Positions 57,596 through 64,000 of a DNA stretch of 64,000 bases are shown here, one piece after another. The stretch comes from an uncultured Chloroflexia bacterium (GTDB taxonomy: Bacteria; Chloroflexota; Limnocylindria; Limnocylindrales; CSP1-4), in assembly GCA_963820735.1 (NCBI GenBank), contig CAWGBA010000014.1, positions 214,210-278,209 of the forward strand. Direction: 5' to 3'. The translations under genes were made by a program, and so were the position numbers. Under the pieces are notes generated by a model. The model was not told the DNA's origin, made no database searches, and saw only the letters and a list, made by a program, of their open reading frames with translations. Position 1 is the first letter of the stretch; each line of letters begins with the position of its first letter.

Positions 57596-59600
57596 GTGCC
57601 CAGGAGAGCCGCATCCGCCCCGGAGTTCCACCACGTCCGTCAGCGCAGCCGCAGAAGTCAAGCAGAAGCTGGACCTCGTCGATTTCATCGGCGAGACGGT
57701 CCAGCTGCGCAAGGCCGGCACGACCTTCAAGGGCCTCTGCCCGTTCCACGGGGAGAAGACGCCCAGCTTTGTGGTCACGCCGGCGCGCGAGACGTGGCAC
57801 TGCTTCGGGTGCGGACGCGGCGGCGACATCTTCACCTTCGTCATGGAGCGCGACGGGATCGATTTCCCCACGGCTCTGCGGCAGTTGGCCGGACGCGCCG
57901 GGGTCGAGCTGTCGGCGCAATCGAGCCGCGAGGATGCCCAGCGCAAGCGACTCCGGGAGGCGCTCGAGGCGGCGATCGCCTTCTACCACCAGGTCCTGAC
58001 GGCGCACCCACAGGGCCAGCCGGCGCTCGACTACCTGCGAGGACGCGGCTTCAAGGACTCGACGCTCGAGACGTTCCAGCTGGGATTCGCGCCCGACTCG
58101 TGGGATGCGCTGACCCGCCAGCTGACCGCCAAGCGAGGCTTCCGCGAGGACGAGCTCGAGCTCGCTGGCCTGGCTTCGAAGCGGCAAGGCGGCGGGGGAG
58201 GCGGTGGCGGCGGTGGCGGTAGGGGCAGCAGCACGTCTCGACGCGGCGTCTACGACCGCTTCCGCGGGAGGATCATCTTCCCCATCCGTGACGCCAGCGG
58301 GGCGGCGAGCGGCCTCGGTGGTCGCGTGATCGGCAGCGTCGCCGACACGGCCAAGTACATCAACACGCCCGCGACGCTGCTCTTCGACAAGAGCCGCACG
58401 CTCTACCTGATCGACCGTGCCAAGTCCGCGATGCGAAAGCAGGGGCGCGCGATCCTGGTCGAGGGCAACACGGACGCGCTCATGGCCCACCAGGAGGGTT
58501 TCGAGAACGTCGTCGGGTCGCTTGGCACGGCGCTCACGCCGGGCCACGTCGAGCTGGTGACGCGCTACGCGCCGCGGATCGCGCTCGCATACGACGTCGA
58601 TGCGGCCGGACAAAGTGCCGCCACGTTCGGCGCCACCGAGCTGACCGCGCTGGTCGGCGAGATCGAGCGCAGTCCGTACCGCGGACGCCTCACCGACGTG
58701 GACATGGTCCGCCTGCCCGAGGGGAGGGACCCCGACGAGGTCATCCGCGACGACCCTGAGATCTGGCGCCGGGCCACCGAGACCCCGCAACCGATCATGG
58801 AGTTCCTGATCGATCGGTTCGCACAGCGGTACGACCCCAAGTCGATCACCGGTCGTGAGCAGCTGATCAACTCGGTCGTGCCCACGCTTCGCACGATCAC
58901 CGACCCCGTCCGGCGCGATGGCTACGTCCAGTTGCTCGCCCGGCGGGCTGGCGTCGACGAGCGGGTCGTCCGGGAAGCGCTCACCCACCGCGAACCGCCG
59001 GCCGGGTTGCGGACGGGCCGCAACAACCCGGGGAGCCGCATCAATCTCGAGGCGATCATGGCGACGCCCGGCGCACTGGACCCACAGGCCGTCGAGCGAG
59101 CCCTGACACGTCCCGAATCGACCCTGTTGCGATTGCTCCTGCTGCATCCAGAGCAGGTCGATCGGGTGCGCGAACGGCTGACGCCCGACCTCCTCAGCTC
59201 GACGCCGGCGCGCGAGCTTTGGAAGGCATTGCGCGACGCGACGGACCCGTCAGCGGGGAAGTCATTCGACCGGACGGCGTTCCTCGATGGCCTCGAGCCG
59301 ACGCTGGGCGCGGTCGCTCGAACGCTCTACGCGCGTACGGACCCCGTCCCGGACGATCAGCCGGCGCTGATCCAGGCGATCGACCAGAGCCTGGTGGCGC
59401 TCGAGTTGCTGTTGCTGAGCGAGACGCTCGACTTCAAGCGCGCCGAGCTCGCGGAAGCGGAGGCCGCGGATGATGGCGCGACGGTCGCCCGCCTTACCGA
59501 TGACGTGCTGGACCTGCAGAAGCGGCGTCTCAGGCTCGATCGCGAACGCGACAGCGGGACGCTCCTCTCAAACCGCAGGACGCAACCCGCCAAGGCCTGA
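57596..59600 (+). CDS. dnaG: DNA primase DnaG (5' end unresolved)
   Basis: CHC2 zinc finger CPFHGEKTPSFVVTPARETWHCFGCG, TOPRIM region (ILVEGNTDALMAH, ALAYDVDAAGQSA). The track ORF starts at 57771, inside the zinc finger. The conserved AEVKQKLDLVDFIGETVQLRK lies upstream in the same frame with no ATG/GTG/TTG back to the stop at 57531. A GTG at 57596 is in another frame. Confidence 0.85.
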
Positions 59601-59626
59601 GCGGCACGCTCGGCGGCCAACTCCCT

Positions 59627-62476
<2,850 letters not shown>

Positions 62477-62581
62477 GGTCACGGCCGGATCGTCCACGGT
62501 CACGGCCGGATCGTCCACGGTCACGGCCGGATCGTCCACGGTCACGGCCGGATCGTCCACGGTCACGGCCGGATCGTCCTC
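62477..62581. repeat. Five tandem 21-bp units (GGTCACGGCCGGATCGTCCAC) at the glgX stop / glucosidase start junction
   Basis: Exact copies at 62477, 62498, 62519 and 62540. The fifth (62561-62581, ...CCTC) contains the glgX stop codon. On the coding strand each unit carries a GTG and a TGA. Confidence 0.95.
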
Positions 62582-64000
62582 GCCAGGACCACCATCGACC
62601 GCGGCCCGACGTGCGTCGGGCTTTCGGCGATGGATCCCGCATCTGGATCACGATGCAGCCAGGGGCCCACGCCCGTGGTGTCGAGGATCACCCGCCACGG
62701 CCCACCGGCACGATCGGTCGGCGGCAACTCGAAGTCCAGCGCCTCCCAGTAGGCGTTGAACGCCAGGTGCGCTTCGGCTGCGGCGCCGTGGAGCGTGATC
62801 GCGAAGCTGCGAGAGGCATCGGAGAGATCGGGCTGGCCGTACCTGACGCCGCTCCAGGTGATCTGTCCACCGCGCATGATGTCCCGGAGCGCGGCGTCGG
62901 GATGACCCACGAGGTGCCTTCGCAGCCATGTCCGGAACCGCAGCAGCCCCTGGGTGTACTCGAGCACTTCGGCGTGTCGCTCGACCCGGGACCAGTCGAA
63001 CCAGCTCGTGGGGTCGTCGTGGCAGTAGGCGTTGTTGTTGCCCAGCTGGGTGCGTCGCACCTCGTCGCCCATGAGCAACATCGGCACGCCCACGCTGAGC
63101 GAGGTCAAGGCGAGCAGGTTGCGCACCTGCCGCGCGCGCAGCGTTTCGACGTCCGGATCGTCCGTGGGCCCGTCGGCACCGCAGCCCCAGCTTCGGTCGT
63201 CGTTGGTTCCGTCGCGGCCGTCCTCGCCATTTGCCTCGTTGCGCTTGTGGTCGTACGTGACGAGGTCGTTGAGCGTCATGCCGTCATGGCAGGTGACGAA
63301 GTTGATCGTGGATGGGGGCGTTCGCCCATGCGCCGCGAACAGGTCCGGGCTGCCCGACGCACGGTTCAGCGCGTCCTGCACCTGGCCCTGATCACCCTTC
63401 ACGAACGAGCGCAGGTCGTCGCGGAACCGGCCGTTCCACTCCACCCAGCGGTCACCGGCGAAATCGCCGACCAGGTAGGATCCGCCCGCGTCCCACGGTT
63501 CGGCGATCAGCTTGGCCCCCGCCAGGACCGGGTCCGTATCGATCTCCAGGATCGTCGCCGGGTTCGACGTGGGCGCGCCGTCCGACTCCCGGGCCAGGAC
63601 CGCCGCCAGGTCGAAGCGGAAGCCGTCCACGTGGTACGTGTGCACCCAGAAGCGCAGGCTGTCCAGGATGAGACGCCGGGCGACCGAGTTGCCGGCGTCG
63701 ACGGTGTTCCCGCAGCCCGTGACATCGCGGTAGCGACTACGGTCCGTGTCGAGCATGTAGTACTCGTCGTTCGCAAGGCCTCGGAAGCCGAACGTGGGCG
63801 AGTCGGGATCGCCTTCCGCGGTGTGGTTGTAGACGACGTCGAGGATCACTTCGATGCCGGCCCGGTGGAGTGCCTTCACGAGGTCCCGGAGCTCGTCGGC
63901 GGCGACCTGTGCGTCCGGCCGGCTGGCGTAGCCCGGATGCGGTGCGAAGTACGAGATCGGTTGATAGCCCCAGTAGTTCACCAGGCCGGACGGCGCCTCG
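62563..64000 (-). CDS. glgX: Glycogen debranching enzyme GlgX / isoamylase (GH13), N-terminus beyond the window
   Basis: NYWGYQP, VILDVVYNHT, DGFRFDLAAVL, IAEPWD, FVTCHDGMTLND. The frame stays open to position 64000. Confidence 0.9.
   Translation of the reverse strand, partial: EAPSGLVNYWGYQPISYFAPHPGYASRPDAQVAADELRDLVKALHRAGIEVILDVVYNHTAEGDPDSPTFGFRGLANDEYYMLDTDRSRYRDVTGCGNTVDAGNSVARRLILDSLRFWVHTYHVDGFRFDLAAVLARESDGAPTSNPATILEIDTDPVLAGAKLIAEPWDAGGSYLVGDFAGDRWVEWNGRFRDDLRSFVKGDQGQVQDALNRASGSPDLFAAHGRTPPSTINFVTCHDGMTLNDLVTYDHKRNEANGEDGRDGTNDDRSWGCGADGPTDDPDVETLRARQVRNLLALTSLSVGVPMLLMGDEVRRTQLGNNNAYCHDDPTSWFDWSRVERHAEVLEYTQGLLRFRTWLRRHLVGHPDAALRDIMRGGQITWSGVRYGQPDLSDASRSFAITLHGAAAEAHLAFNAYWEALDFELPPTDRAGGPWRVILDTTGVGPWLHRDPDAGSIAESPTHVGPRSMVVLARTIRP

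Overview
High-GC (roughly 68-70%) bacterial chromosomal segment. The gene content (DUF385/F420-type oxidoreductase, DsbA-VKOR fusion, delta-60 repeat protein, DUF4032, VapBC pairs) fits Actinomycetota or Chloroflexota; the taxon is a guess. I can support about 55 protein-coding genes. By eye I found no rRNA, tRNA, CRISPR array, transposase, integrase or reverse transcriptase.

Layout:
- 277-2921: a small nuclease cassette bracketed by two diverged copies of a ~195-nt hairpin-rich non-coding element.
- 3639-5794: a heavily decayed transporter gene.
- 6104-14290: a secreted/surface protein island.
- 15.6-24.1 kb: two VapBC toxin-antitoxin pairs among housekeeping and accessory enzymes.
- 26408-26873: a convergent intergenic region with two unrelated tandem-repeat arrays.
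- 27262-31608: a TetR/MFS/GH3 locus with three palindromic operators.
- 45661-57371: a ~11.7-kb same-strand run of 10 genes on the minus strand, several joined by ATGA/GTGA overlaps. It links copper and disulfide handling to a CPBP protease and large secreted proteins.
- 57596-64000: dnaG, a GH63-like glucosidase and a partial glgX.

At least 12 genes need one or more reading-frame changes to read as a single protein. These are either real pseudogenes or assembly indels, and this is the main caveat on all CDS coordinates.

The best candidates for something new are the repeat-bracketed ERCC4 cassette, the iteron-like 20-21-bp array, the stop-codon-carrying tandem repeats at two gene ends, the CPBP-plus-anchored-protein pair, and a pair of His/Glu-motif membrane paralogs next to metal genes. 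All family names come from motif recognition in the translations, not from database searches.
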